64,000 bases of DNA from Eledone cirrhosa (taxonomy: Eukaryota): the NCBI GenBank assembly GCA_964016885.1, contig OZ024748.1, positions 1,798,001-1,862,000 on the forward strand, read 5' to 3'. Made by a program: the position numbers and the translations under genes. This document shows, piece by piece, positions 1 to 13,070 of the stretch. Below the pieces are notes generated by a model. It was not told the DNA's origin. It ran no database searches and saw only the letters and a program-made list of their open reading frames with translations. Within the stretch, counting starts at the first letter, position 1; each line of letters opens with the position of its first letter.

Positions 1-190
1 TTTCTAGGGCTCTCCAAAATTTGTGGGAAGGAAGAAGGTATCCTCAGACAAGAGATCTGGCATGAATACTTGCAACAGAGCAGAATCTACTAAGCACATC
101 CAATGGCCAGCTGGTGGTGTTAAACCAGGCAACTGATTAAATCTACCACCCAAGTTAGCTACAAGAGGAACACACAGAGCTAGAGCAAAT
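1..190 (-). mobile_element. SINE type B fragment (body of a tRNA-headed SINE), truncated by the window edge
   Basis: The reverse complement (ggtttaacaccaccagctggccattggatgtgcttagtagattctgctctgttgcaag) aligns by eye with 43168-43225 (+), 14350-14490 and 31015-31155. Confidence 0.6.
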
Positions 191-244
191 ACCACAAGAG
201 ATCTTATTTGACATTCTAACGACTTTGCCAGTCCACCACCATGG

Positions 245-390
245 ACTGGTACCTTTTTTGTTCTATCCTTGAAAGATCAAAGTCAAAAGTAGGCCACCAT
301 GGCAGGGTTTAAACTCAGAACACAAAGAACCAGATTAAGTAGCACAAGGTATTTTGTCCAGTTTTCTAACTAACACTTCTGCCAATTTGC
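245..390 (-). mobile_element. Degraded tRNA-derived SINE (type A/B head)
   Basis: ctggtacc...gggtttaaactcagaac...ctgccaatt is the reverse complement of the head and central domain seen in the young copy at 38151-38340. Confidence 0.55.
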
Positions 391-1699
391 TTGAAAATGA
401 GATAAAGGTCTTGAAGTAACTATAATCAATATCTTTCAGGCACAAGAATGGTGACATAATGGGATTCTAGTGATGGCTTAGTGAAGGAACCAGCAAGGAG
501 TGCAGTGAGGATTTTAAAATGTCTTATTTCATTAATCATATGAAAAGTACTGTTACAGTAGAAGATATTTAGTGGTTTCTCTTAAGTAGCTAAGACTCTG
601 AATCATTAGCTATAAATTATTTAAGTATCAGTAAAATTCATTATTAATGTTATTATTGTTCACCAGCAGGAAATCTGTCTAAGCTGAATAAAATCAGTTA
701 TAATAATGGCTGATGCTGATAAGACAAAGAAGAAGAAATGTTTTAAAGTATTTTACACCATTAGTTTGACATGTAATAGGTGTATACAATGAAGGCTGGA
801 GTAGGTTAAATCACTGTTTTGTTGTACAACATCCTATAAAAAAAAAAGACCTGTGATATAAACACTTCCTACAATAAAGCTCTATAAATTTGTTATTTTC
901 TAGAAATTTACTTATAAAATCACTTTCTCTATTTGAAAGAAATAAAACTATACAAAGAAAAGAAATTAAAACACACTTTGTAACGAAGCCATTTTTCAAA
1001 GCAATGTATGTTTATAAGAATGGTATGAAGTAATCAGGTTTGTGACAAAATAAAAAAAGAAGAAAATAGCAGAAAAAATACTGCAAAGGAGAAAATAGCT
1101 TGCTCTCCTTTTCAAATTCCATAATATATATATTCTCTTTATATACACTTGCTTTTTTTTCTTTTCAAATATTGGTTAAGTGTTGTGTTTAATCTGAAAT
1201 ATTTCCCCTTTTACTTAAGAGGCTATTTGTATCGTTTACGAATTAGAGAGAAATTTTATGAAGGAGTGGAAGGAGAAGGGGTGGGAGAGTGAATTACCAA
1301 ATAAAAAATGAAAAGAAAAAAAAATATATATATATGACTTCTTTTTAATCTGAAGTTTAAAGGATAAATATAAACCTTCCTTCATGGAATTTAATTCATA
1401 TAAAATTTTAGGGCAAATTGTTTTCAATTTGAAGTTATTTCGAGCATCAAATTGACCTTGATAATATTTTTATTTATTGCTGGCTGATTTTTCTGACCAA
1501 ACTTAATAACAATTTCTTCATGTTTATCGATTTCTTGTGAATTTGAGAATATCATCTCAAAATTAAAAAGAAAAAAGACTACAAGCAAACTATACTGATG
1601 TTTGTGTATTCTAAGATGTTCTCTAAAGATTCCTAATTTATTTTCATCTTCATCTCTTTCTTTATTCTCTTGACAAGGGATCAAGTTAAGCAAGGTGAT

Positions 1700-1970
1700 G
1701 TCTGACAAGAGTTCACTAGTCTAGACAGGGGCTCAGCAGTTTAGTGTTGTTTGGACAAGGGGTCAACAGCTATGGGCATTGACTAGACAAGGGGTCAGTG
1801 GATTAGGGTGTTGCATAGACAAGGGCTCAGTAGACTAGGGTGTTGGCTAGACAAAAGTTCACTAGTCTGTTGCCTAGACAAGGGCTCAGTAAAAAGTGTT
1901 GCCTAGATAAGGGCTCAGTAGTCTAAAGTGTTACCTAGTCAAGGGTGTTACCTAGACAAGAGCTCACTTG
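1700..1970. repeat. Degenerate tandem repeat, unit about 25-33 bp (ctagacaagggctcagtagactagggtgttgc)
   Basis: The ctagacaaggg(g)ctcag core recurs about 9 times at irregular spacing. Confidence 0.85.
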
Positions 1971-2480
1971 TCTAATTTATTAAGCTGTGTGGATTGTCTA
2001 ATTCATTGAGCCGAGTCCTCAGGTGGATTGTTTAACTTAAGCTGTGGTCTCTGGTGGAATGTCTAATCTATTGAGCTGTGCTCTTTGGTGGACTGTCTAG
2101 TTTATTGAGTTGTGTTTTCTAGTTAAGTTGTATAATTTATTGAGCTGTATTATCTTTTGAACTTTGATTTCTAGTGAACTGTCTGATATAGTGAACTATG
2201 TTCTCTAGTGAACTGTATTGAACTGTGTTCCCTATAAAGTAGTATAATTTATTGAGCTGTGGTTTCTAGTGAACTGTCTAATTTATTGACCTGTGTTCTA
2301 TAATTATAAAATTCATTCAGTGAATTGCCTAATTTATTGGGCTGTCTTCTCTAGTGAATTGCCTAATTTACTGACCTGTCTCCTTTATTGAACTGTATAA
2401 TTATTGGGACAAATTCTATTGAATCATACTTTTTACTGAATTGCACATCCTTTTGAACTCTACTTCTGTATTCTTTAGCT
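1970..2480. repeat. Degenerate tandem repeat, unit about 33 bp (gtctaatttattgagctgtgttctctagtgaact)
   Basis: taatttattgagctgt and ctagtgaactgt recur about 13-15 times; the array abuts the previous one. Confidence 0.85.
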
Positions 2481-2924
2481 GTACTCCCACTCTTGGAGTT
2501 GTACTCACTCTATTGGTTCATGCATTCTATTGAAACACATTAGTTTTATTTTCTGGAGTACTAAAGCATAAATTTACTGCCTGTGCTGCAGTACATCATA
2601 CCATGAATTAACTCTGTCATGCAATGGGACACTGTTCTTCAAATCTAGATTTTTCAGGCATAGTGATGTGTTATGATGTCCTGGAGATATCTTTTAATTC
2701 TTTGTTGTTTGAGGACAAAAAGCGGTTCTTTTAAAATGCAAATGCCTTTGATGGACCTATTTATATGCTGGCTAACTTCATAAACATGTTTTTAAAGAAC
2801 ATGATCCCAGAACTCATTCACTTACCGATTGGGGTGGAATTCGTCAGATCAGACCAAGTAAACAATGTTTCTATTGCTCTTTCCAATTGCTAATACTATC
2901 TTCCTTTCACAACTCCTTACAAAA

Positions 2925-3020
2925 GGAGTAACATGAAATAAAGTGTCTTGCTCAGGGACATAACGTATCACCCAGTCTGGGAATCGAACTCACAATCTCA
3001 CAATTGTGAATCCAAGCATA
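2925..3020 (-). mobile_element. tRNA-derived SINE type C (CORE-like body), partial
   Basis: The reverse complement gtgagttcgattcccagactggg...ccctgagcaagacactttatttca contains a B-box and matches 36690-36830. Confidence 0.7.
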
Positions 3021-3054
3021 TAAATATCTCCTAAACTCTGGGGTGGGAATTATT

Positions 3055-3130
3055 GTTGGTTAGTCTCAGGTCAGTCCTGATCCAGCAGATCTATGATCAA
3101 AGACAAACCAGTAAGGGTCATGCTATCTCT
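3055..3130 (-). mobile_element. Dispersed repeat with a (CAA)n-type tail; other copies at 13895-13970, 30000-30145, 32085-32230, 39930-40025, 41495-41600
   Basis: Shared motif tagtcccaggtcagccctgatc..gcagacctatgatcaaag.cattccagccatgacc occurs in both orientations. Confidence 0.65.
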
Positions 3131-3132
3131 CG

Positions 3133-3172
<40 letters not shown>

Positions 3173-3189
3173 CATGCAGAGCTGACTAA

Positions 3190-3400
3190 CTAAATATCCT
3201 TTCTCTTCTCTTTATCCTGCTCTCTATTTTCTGTTTTACTCTTGTCTTTTTTCTCTCTCCCCCAAACACATCAACTCTTCTCTCTTTTTCTGTTAGCCAA
3301 TGAAGGCCTAGTGTCCAAAATGTTAAGAATATTTTCCGACTATATAAATTTTAAAACTAATGTACCATTATTGTATTGATTTGTTCTCCTGTGTTTTTAT
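3190..3400 (+). mobile_element. Penelope-like pseudo-LTR remnant with a decayed hammerhead-like motif
   Basis: ccaatgaaggcctagtgtccaaaatgttaag followed by a tail homologous to the reverse complement of 34850-34960. Confidence 0.4.
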
Positions 3401-4557
3401 ATATATATATGTGTATATATATATATATATATATAATGTGTGAGTGTATGTGTGTGTGTGTGTGTATATATGTGTGTGTGTGTACATCATCCGGTGTGTT
3501 CTTTATAAGCTGATAGATGTTAAATAGAGGCAGATTTAGATGTTAATTCTAGTAGGTCAAGTGATCATGTAGAAGTTTCCTTGTTTTAAGGGCTTGAGTT
3601 TAGTTTCAGTATTAATGGACAAGAGAAATCCAGATAATGGACAAGAGAAATCCCTCCAGTATTATTGTCTCTATCCAAAGCTTAATATTACACGAGCATA
3701 CTCAAATGTATCCACATACACCTGAGCACATGTTTGTAGAGTTGCATGTGTGCTCCACTATTTATTGTCATAGCGGTATGCAATGGGTGCATATTGTATG
3801 TGTACATGTATAAAGTATATGTTTAGTCATACATATCTATGAATATCTGCACACACACACACAGACACACAGACACAGACACACACACTCTCTCTCTCTG
3901 TTCTAGATATATATTATATAATAAATACAAAATGATATTTTGCGTTCAAAAACCAATTTAAGCTATAATTGAAGTTTTCACTTTTTTCTTGTTATTTAAA
4001 ACAGACCAATGATAATTACAATTATTATGATGATGATTGTTAAATCTTGCTTAATTGAAGAAGAAATCTTGTTGATAAAAAATAAATTTATAGCTTACAG
4101 ATATAGACGAGGATAAATTTCTTTACATACTTATGTATTCGCTGCTTCTAAAAAATAGATAAAAATACAAACTCAAATATAATTAAAATAAAAGTAAATA
4201 ATTAACTTCAAATTTCTATTTCTGTTCTTCTATTTACCAATACTTATCTATTCTAACTTTAACTTTTCAATATTGATCATTATTGATCATTGTTCCTTGG
4301 GGATTTTTTATTTTATTTTATTTTATTTTATTTTATTTATTAATTTATTGGCTTTCATCTCTGTTGAATCATCAAAGATTATCTCTTGGAATTGAATTAT
4401 GCCATGTTTCGGATGATAATGTCTATTATGTTTACCGAGACTTATATTTGGCTACTTTTCAAACCTTCTCCAGTACCTTTTGAGAGGCTTCCTCTAATAG
4501 TAATGAGATCACAATGTTGAGTCATTGGTAGACATAATCCTATTTACTGTGTATATA

Positions 4558-4815
4558 TATCATCATCATCGTTTAATGTCCATCTTTTACGCTAGCCTGG
4601 GTTAGACAGGCTTGTCCTACTTGGGGCAAGCTGGGTCAAGTGACTGTGTTGTGCTCATATAGGACTATTTCTGGCTGGTTTTCTATGGCTGGATGTCCTT
4701 CCTAAAGCCAACTACATTTACAGTGTGTGCTGCATGCTTTTTACCGTGTCTCCTACATGACCACTTTATAGTGTGGGCAGGATGTTTTGTGGTACCAATA
4801 TAACTTTACAGAGAA
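4558..4815 (-). mobile_element. RTE LINE 3'UTR fragment with (GAT)n tail
   Basis: catcatcatcgtttaatgtccatc...gggttagacagg...ggctggatgtccttcctaaagccaac matches the 3' end of the LINE at 48461-48680. Confidence 0.8.
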
Positions 4816-5139
4816 ATGGTTGTGTGGGCAGAAGTGGGAGGAAGGTGTAAGGGGTATATATATATCCATCCATCCATATCCTGACTGAATATTTTTAATG
4901 GTGGTACCTCAGTCTGTCGGCTGGAACAGGTAAAGAGTATATATAAATATAGTATAAACAATATCATCCAGGTGTGTTAATACCATTAGACACTTACCTG
5001 TAATTACACAAATATTTCTTTTCTTAATATTCATTGCTGAATTGGAGCATAATTTAGCTTGTGGGTTTTATATATCATCAAAAACTGTATTTATTTAGTT
5101 GCTGAGTATCTGAAACCATGTGGTGTTGAAGTAATACAT

Positions 5140-5490
5140 CTTGGTTTCAAATGTCATCGAGGTTAACTTTGATAAAATAAAGTACCAGTAAAGTACTGAG
5201 GTCAGTATAATCAACTTTCCCATTTCTCTCAACATTGTTGGCCTTGTACCTAAATTAGGAACCGTTATTATAGAGGGCAGAATCTTCAGAGCATTGAACA
5301 AAATGATTTGTGGTATTTGTTCTAACTCATTATATTCTGAGTTTAAATCCCACCATGGTCAACTTTGCCTTTCATCCTTATGGAGGTCGATAAAATAAAG
5401 TACCAGTAATGCATTGAGGTTGATTTAATCAACTTTCTCTTCCTCCCAAAATTGTTGGCCTTGTGCCTAAATCAAAAACCATTATTATTG
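5140..5490 (+). mobile_element. Two tandem tRNA-derived SINE type A copies (a third, partial copy at 5735-5822)
   Basis: Central domain aactttgcctttcatccttatggaggtcgataaaataaagtaccagt and tail ggccttgtgcctaaat. Confidence 0.8.
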
Positions 5491-5735
5491 AGGAGAGGGG
5501 TGCTCTCCCCGGGTGCTCTGGAAGCCCAGGGTGGTTCAGGATTGGTGGGACACCTGAGTCACCACTGAGTCATCTACCCCACTATAGGGGAATTTATTTT
5601 GTTATATTTATGCATAGTTTATTTTATATTTGTATATCTTCATTATTAAATTAGTCTTGCCATTGTGCACTTTTACTCGACCTTATTGTAAACCCCCATG
5701 GTCCCTGTCTTTGTATTGTACCCTGCATGTCGGCC
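5490..5735 (+). mobile_element. Possible 3'UTR of another non-LTR element inserted between SINE copies
   Basis: GC-rich island ending gtccctgtctttgtattgtaccctgcatgt, which resembles my recollection of an octopus Tx1/L1-type 3' end; not verified. Confidence 0.3.
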
Positions 5736-5895
5736 ATTTTCATCCTTACGGGGTCGATAAAATAAAGTACCAGTTATGTATTGGGTAATTACTGGCCTTG
5801 TGCCAAAAAGTAGAAACAATTATTATTATTATGGAGAAAAAATAGTTTTAGTTGTTTTTCATTGTTCTAACTTTGAATTTTTTGTGATAAACGTG

Positions 5896-6593
5896 AGCAC
5901 CACTTTAATGGTACACACTATAAAGTAAGCACCACTTTAATGGTACACACTATAAAGTAAGCACCACTTTAATGGTACACACTATAAAAGTAAGCACCAC
6001 TTTAATGGTACACACTATAAAGTAAGCACCACTTTAATGGTACACACTATAAAAGTAAGCACCACTTTAATGGTACACACTATAAAGTAAGCACCACTTT
6101 AATGGTACACACTATAAAGTAAGCACCACTTTAATGGTACACACTATAAAAGTAAGCACCACTTTAATGGTACACACTATAAAGTAAGCACCACTTTAAT
6201 GGTACACACTATAAAGTAAGCACCACTTTAATGGTACACACTATACAGTAAGCACCACTTTAATGGTACACACTATAAAGTAAGCACCACTTTAATGGTA
6301 CACACTATAAAAGTAAGCACCACTTTAATGGTACACACTATAAAGTAAGCACCACTTTAATGGTACACACTATAAAAGTAAGCACCACTTTAATGGTACA
6401 CACTATAAAGTAAGCACCATTTTAATGGTACACACTATAAAAGTAAGCACCACTTTAAGGGTACACACTATAAAAGTAAGCACCACTTTAATGGCACACA
6501 GTATAAAAGTAAGCACCACTTTAATGGTACACACTATAAAAGTAAGCACCACTTTAAGGGTACACACTATAAAAGTAAGCACCAGTTTAATGG
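5896..6593. repeat. Minisatellite, 32/33 bp unit gcaccactttaatggtacacactataaa(a)gtaa, about 21.5 copies
   Basis: Near-perfect tandem units read directly; the 33 bp units give the MVHTIKVSTTL periodicity in ORF 6425-6673. Confidence 0.98.
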
Positions 6594-7714
6594 ATTATGC
6601 ACTTTTCTATGAAAAAATTGACTTGTTCCTCGTTAAAATGAATCACTATTTTCTTTATTATTATTGTTACTAATAGTTTTGTTATTGTTATTGTTTGTAA
6701 TTGCTATTCTCCTCTGTTGGCTGTCAGATCTGCTATCTTCATTAGATGTTGTGGCAGCTGCCAGATGTGATGTTCCACTCTCCCTCCTCCTCTCCTGTAT
6801 TCAACCTGATCAGATTTAATCAAAGCACTTACCTTAAACTTACTTTTACAGAGCCTCTAGTCAGTCAGAAATAGGGTTAAATTATTGGGTTATTTTCACA
6901 GAATTGGTAACTTAATTTGGTGCCAGTTGATTGACTTTTTCAAGACTAAAACTTTCCGAAAGCTCCTCGAATTTTCTGCCTGCCAGATCGCAATCCTTCA
7001 TACTAGAACATTATTAGCAGGATTTACAAAATAGTTAATGGCTAAAGAAAGATAAATGTAGCTCAATTGAAATTTGTTATTTTGGAAATTGAATTCCTTG
7101 CAATTCTACCTCTAGAAACCTCTTTAAGTTGAAGGGTTGGGATTATTCAGAATTTCAGTCTCTATGTAAAAGTTTTGTTTTACCATTCTCTCTTGAGGAT
7201 TTTTTAGGGATGACACAAGCTATGAGAGATGTCTTGTCTTTTGCAGCACCTTTCAACCTTTCATTATTAAAGGAAATACACCATAGTCATTGTGGCTGTC
7301 TAATTATATTCTTTTGCCTTTTTGTTTTAGATAGCAAATCACCGGAATCGAACGACCCCATTGTTTTAAAATGGGAAACTGTTTTAATGTGTTTATTTTT
7401 AACTAAAATAACACTCACCATAATTTTATGTAGGAGCCTTAATTAAGTTATGCTCCAAACATGAACTTAATGAGAAAGTTAATTATTTCACTAAATTCCT
7501 AAAAATTCTTGATTATTTCCAAAATTAATTGAAACACATAGGCAGTGTGTTTCACTAGAAACATGGTAATGAAAAGTTTAAATATTTCCATCATACTTAA
7601 TTTTTTTAAATGTTTGTATATATTATTTGTTTTATTGGTTTTCGTCTTTAGACTGTAGCCATGGTGAGGCATGTTGTTGTTTTTGTTGTCAGAAGGTTGG
7701 TAGTTTGATACTAT

Positions 7715-7905
7715 CATAGCCAAATGATTAACAGGTTCACTTCACAATCATTAGATCTCAGGTTTGATCCCACCGTGTGGCATCTTGGGCAAGTATCATT
7801 TAGTATAGATGTCGACCAACCGATGCCTTGTGAATGAAATTGGCTAGATAGGAACTGTTTGGAAGCCCATTGGATGGATTGTACCTGTAATTCAAAGAAC
7901 CACAC
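7715..7905 (+). mobile_element. tRNA-derived SINE type D; other copies at about 8733-8870, 29165-29460, 36960-37150, 54560-54850, 62015-62050, and 62320-62380 (-)
   Basis: Head ggctgtgtggttaagaagttcactttgcaa..ggttcaatcccactg..gcaccttgggcaag and body ggaagcccattggatggattgtacctgtaattcaaa are shared among copies. Confidence 0.7.
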
Positions 7906-10504
7906 AATTGTAGTAGTAGTTTAGATAAATCATTAAACAGAGTAGGATTTGAACTCAGGAGAGTGAGATGTTGAATTAGATACAATAAAGCAGCCAGTCC
8001 AATGTTTTAATGTCATGGCCATCTCCACTAACCTTGTTCTTCATAATACAGAAAATCTTTGTTGATTTTATTTCTGTGAAAAAATAAAATATAATAAAGT
8101 AAAAAAATAAAATTTAAATAAATAAATAAATAAATAAATGAAATAAAATAAAATCTGTGTGTAAATATGTGGAATCAAACTTTCTAATAAATTGAATATA
8201 TATTTTTTTCTACTTATCAATTTTTCCCCCTGAGCATCTTAAAGGAATATACAATCAATTTTTTGCATATTGAAGAGCATTCCAAGCATGTACAGGTTCT
8301 GTTTGAGTGGAAGATCTCCCATTAAATGGAAGGCCACACAAGCCAAGCATCATCAAATTATGATTTTATAGGAAAATTGAAAGTGTGGAACACAATTTTA
8401 AATTTAATTATTTATATATTTATTTACTTTTATCTAACTGTTGGGTGGTTTGTTGGAAACTCCAATTCTAAATCTATCTTCGGGCTTCATTGAGTCTTCC
8501 TCCTGGCTCTTCCCTTTAACTTCAGCTTTAAGTGGTTGGAAATTTAAGAGGTATCATTCTCAATATACAAAGTTGTTGCTTTATTCTTTCTTTGTTAGTT
8601 TGTTTTTGTCATATATTTTATTTTTTCTTTGAAAAAAGTAATTCTGATCTAAGATGTAATTTTATGATAAGTCTTTCACAGATTTTAGGGGAAAGATATT
8701 CTAAAGTAGATTTCTGTTGCTTTATATAACACATGGCTGTGTGGTTAAAAAGTTCACTTTGCAACTCTCTAGTCCTAGGTTCAATCTTACTGTTCAGCAC
8801 TTAGGGCAAGTGTCTTCTACCATAACTTTTAGTTAACTGATAGTTTCTGAGTGGAATGTGTAAGATGGGGTGGGGTCTGGTTATGTGTGTATTTTATTCC
8901 TTTACTCATTTTAGCCATTAGATTCAGTGTGTGTGTGCTGATATAATTTGGTGAAGGATATAAACATTATCAGGAAAATTAAAATTCCAATGCTTTATGA
9001 ATGAAGTCCATTATAATATTTGTTCTACATCGAATTATATCTTCCAACATAATCTCATATAAAAACATTAGAGTTATATTAGAAATACCATGAAATGATT
9101 ATTAGTTTTAATGAAACCCATCAAAGTTTTCTTTTATTAATACAAATACAGTGTATTTCATAAGAAATATGATAACAAAAGAGTTAAATGTCTCTACTCT
9201 CTATTTTGATAAAAAGCCTATGCCCAAAACATTGGTGCTTTTGCCCTTCCCACATACCCTAATACAATGAATTTGTTTTATTTTTAGCATAATTTTCTTC
9301 CTTTGGATTACTTTTCTCAATGTAAATAAATAACTGGATTCCTCAGATTTTGGATTCCATAATATTATTTCAATATATATCTAGAAATGTCCTGTGTATT
9401 CCTGTTATCTTCAAATTTGTAGATTAATTCTCTGTGATATGTTACTGATAATTTGGCAAATGATTGGCTTTTGATATATGTAACATCAATGTGGGAAGAA
9501 TGCGATATTTTATTTTGACACTACAAAATGGCAAAGAAGGTCAGCTTGCACTTTCTACGATAAATATTCTAATTGTAGCGGATATGTTGATTATATCATG
9601 CTATTGAAACAGTGATTACTTTTATTTTATTGTTGAATTATAAAAAATGGAGTGAATGTCGTCATTGAATACCTCTTTTGAAAGTACTACAATGGCAGAA
9701 TCTGTTTCACTCTAGTATTTTATAGATAATGGCACATATTTAATGTTATTTGTTCACTCACAGAATCTTTTTAATATTGACCACTGTTGTAATGCTAGTT
9801 AGATTACAACAACTAAACGTATGTAATTGATGAAAACCAGGGAAGTCCAGAAAAAATCTCCTTGTGTTTGGTGAGAACCTGACCTTTTAGTTTCCTACAT
9901 TATTACTCTTAGTTTATATGTTGGTTAAATTTGGACTGGTTTTGTGTTGATATCAGAAAAACAAAAGCCTTTTATACAGATGACATTTGTTCTGTAATAT
10001 AATTTTTTTATAAGGACTCTATGCATTGACCTTTCAGTTTATTTAGTGATTTTATTACAAGAAAGATCAGTGAATCGAGTAAGGTGAGAGCAGGTTCTAT
10101 TAATCCTGGGGGAAATTGGTCATTCTTGCTTCAAGAGCAAATTGACATTTTGGTAGCTATTGTTCATTTGAGAAAACTACTGCTGCTGAAAGTACTTAAC
10201 TTCTGAGGATACTGGACAAGTAACTGAGAAATCAGTGGGTCGAATCCCGTTATTATTGTTCTGTAATTGATACACTAAACTCCCAATAGTCAAGTCTATC
10301 TGGCCATAAATAAGTACCACAGATTGGTATAATTCACATACTATAAGCTGCTGCTCTGTTGTAAAACTGATGAGTAATTTGTTGATTTGCAGTGCAGAGT
10401 TCACTTCTTTCCATGAAAAAAGTTACTAATCTACCATGCATCTGTACCTTGATTTGAGACTTTTGAGAACAGTTGGATGAAATAAATCTAGTCTTCAGCT
10501 CATA

Positions 10505-10905
10505 AAGTGGTACCCAAACTGTACACTTTGGTGCTCTGGTGTACCATAACCTGAATTAAAGCGTGTCATGAAAGAGTAAGATATTATTTCAAAATGGAAA
10601 ACATACAAATTGAAATTTGTGATAAAGTTTATATATAATTGTTAAAAGAGGAAACAACTAAACTAAGAATGAAAACATTGCCAAAAATCTCCATGTGCAT
10701 GATAACTTTTGTCCATTTATTGACTAAAGAGGGAAGTACAAATCAATTTTCTCTGTTATTAATTATTTGTATTTCTACTATATGCTACACTAATATGTAT
10801 AAATACCACTTTCAAATAAATTATCAATTTAGGTACAAAATGTGCCAAAGTATTTTTACTTAGTATAAAGTGCACCATGAATAAAAAGAAGCGTGAGCAC
10901 CACTT
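10505..10905. mobile_element. hAT-like non-autonomous element (MITE), degraded
   Basis: Imperfect terminal inverted repeats aagtggtacccaaac ... gcgtgagcaccactt of the CAGTGGTTCTCAAAC type; no convincing TSD. Confidence 0.4.
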
Positions 10906-11367
10906 ATCTCGAGGATACTTTCTGTCAACTCTAAGAAGTTGGTCTTGGTCTTGTGTACTTGTTTGGTGTGGTGTCTGTGATTCTTTTTTATCATTATAAC
11001 TGTATCTGTTTTCTTAACCTTCTTGGCTTTGATAACTCAGCCAAGAGATAAGTCTCTCACCAAAATTTCTCCCCAAATCATAAAAAAGGTATAAGCCTGA
11101 TTAAAAAGTACATACATAAGTGTGTAGTTATATCTTTTGTATACATGAATCTTTGATATTTAGTCATTTTTGCATCATCACCAATAGGTACCATCTGTTC
11201 TCAGTAGATTAAAAAATCATGGATTGCTATCTTTGGCTTTCTTATGTTGCCCTTACACAATCAATATATTTATGTCTAATTCTTCATATTATCCATCCAC
11301 ATATTTAAAAAAAAAGTATTTCTATTCTCATTAATTTTTTTTTCTATTAAATAGTTTTTGTAAACCA

Positions 11368-12339
11368 TCATCATCATCGTCATTTTTCGTCCACTTTTCC
11401 CTGCTTGCAAGGGTGGGACAGGTCTTATTCAGCACAGCATCTCTCCACTTGTCACGGTCCTTCGTCATCTCCACCGTGAGCTTTAGCGATCTGAGGTCTG
11501 TTCTCACCACCTTCGCCCATGTTTTTCGTGGTGTACCTCTACCACGTCTTCATTCAACTGGCATTTCCTGGCACTTCTTCACCCATCGGTCATCCTCCAT
11601 GCGCATCACATGTCCATACCACCTCAGTCTCCTCTCTCGCACACTACATTCTATCCCTCTCAGACACAGTTTCTTTCTCAACACCATTCATACTGGGTCG
11701 TTCACGCACATTTACACTGCACATCCAACGGAGCTTGCTTGCCTCATTTCTCTCCAGCCGTCGCATATCCTCTGTAGTTGTTGCCCATCTCTCACTACCA
11801 TGCAGCATCGCGCTCCTCACACAGGCATCATATAACCGGCCTTTCGTATGCAGGGAGAAACCCTTCTTCGTCAGCAGAGGAAGCAGCTCCCTAAACTTCT
11901 TCCAACCCGTCCTTATTCTAGATACTATGGCCTCGGAATACCCCCCTCCCATGCTAATCTGATTTCCTAGGTACCGGAAGCTATCCACCACTTCTATAGC
12001 ACCCGCCTGCATTTGAAAAATGTGCCTATCAATGCGACTTCTACTGTCCAATTTCCCTGTACATCTACTGCATACGTATTTCTTCCTACCTGTTAGTTTG
12101 CCTGCTATCCCACTACATCTCTTGTGTACCCAAGATCTACATTGTGTGAATTTCATAGAATTTATGCCAGTTCCTTTTCTGCATATCGAACATGGCCATT
12201 TCCCTGATGGAATCAGTTTTGTCCTCTTTTCTACTCATCAACACTTTTGTCTTAGCTAGGTTCACTCTCAGTCCTCTTGCTTCCAACTGCTGTTTCCATA
12301 GCCAGAATTTATTCTCTAGCTCCTCTACTGATTCTGCTA
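11368..12339 (-). mobile_element. 5'-truncated RTE-clade LINE (C-terminal RT region, frameshifted pseudogene) with (GAT)n tail and 7 bp TSD
   Basis: Translations AESVEELENKF...GLRVNLAKTKVL, WVHKRCSGI, VDSFRYLGNQI, RIRTGWKKFRELLPLL, LYDACVRSAMLHGSERW. TAAACCA is repeated at 11361-11367 and 12340-12346. Confidence 0.93.
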
Positions 12340-12874
12340 TAAACCACTTTATAAAAATTAAATATCCAAAATATTTCAGTGTTTTTTCTCTCTGATGTTG
12401 TCTAATAAAATTTTCCTGCTGTGTGAGACTTGATAGTAAAGTCCACTCTGGCATACTTGCTAAAAGAAGCTAAAAAATATTAATTAAAATTACATAATTA
12501 GTGATGAAAACAGTTGCTATTTAGGTGACAAATTCTATTCTAAGTATGCAGAGAAGGTAACCCCAAAATTTAATTAAAATTTCTTGACCCAATATGCTAT
12601 TGTTCACTTCACTATACCATAAAAAAAGATTATTTTGCTGAATAGCTAAGACCCATTCAGCAATGCACTACAATCACTTATTCAGAAGTTTGCTGCCTCA
12701 GAAGTTGTGCCTACACCTTTGAATTATGTGTCACCTCTACCCAAACTTATTCAATAACAGCGTCTCTTCTCTGTAAATGACTTCATTCTCTCCCTGCACG
12801 TATCATAGAAAAGTAAGAGAAAAGAGTTAAATTTTTAGGCTGATATTTGACCCATGAGGTGTTTATTAATGCAA

Positions 12875-13070
12875 GGTGGTGAATTGGCAGAATTAGTAGA
12901 GCATCAAATAAAATGTCATTGCTGTATTTGTCTTGGCTCTTTACACTCTGACTTCAAATTCCTCTAAATCAACTTCGAAATTATGAAAGGCAAAGTTAAC
13001 CATGACGGGTTTTGAATTCGGACTGGATTCTAACTGACTTTCTAATGACTCTGCCAATTTGCCACCTATC
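12875..13070. mobile_element. Two degraded SINE type A pieces in opposite orientation
   Basis: ggtggtgaattggcagaatt... on the + strand, followed by tgaaaggcaaagttaac...ctgccaatttgccacc on the - strand. Confidence 0.6.

Noticed and set aside
1236-1708. Two adjacent minus-strand ORFs (94 and 63 aa)
   Set aside because: No recognisable domain or convincing splice sites; composition is typical of random AT-rich ORFs.
6425-6673. Repeat protein (MVHTIKVSTTL)n
   Set aside because: It arises only where consecutive 33 bp units occur; 32 bp units break the frame in the rest of the array.
11413-12395. Plus-strand ORFs of 67-147 aa; also 42331-42832, 48836-49282, 49568-49876
   Set aside because: Antisense shadows of RTE LINE coding sequence.
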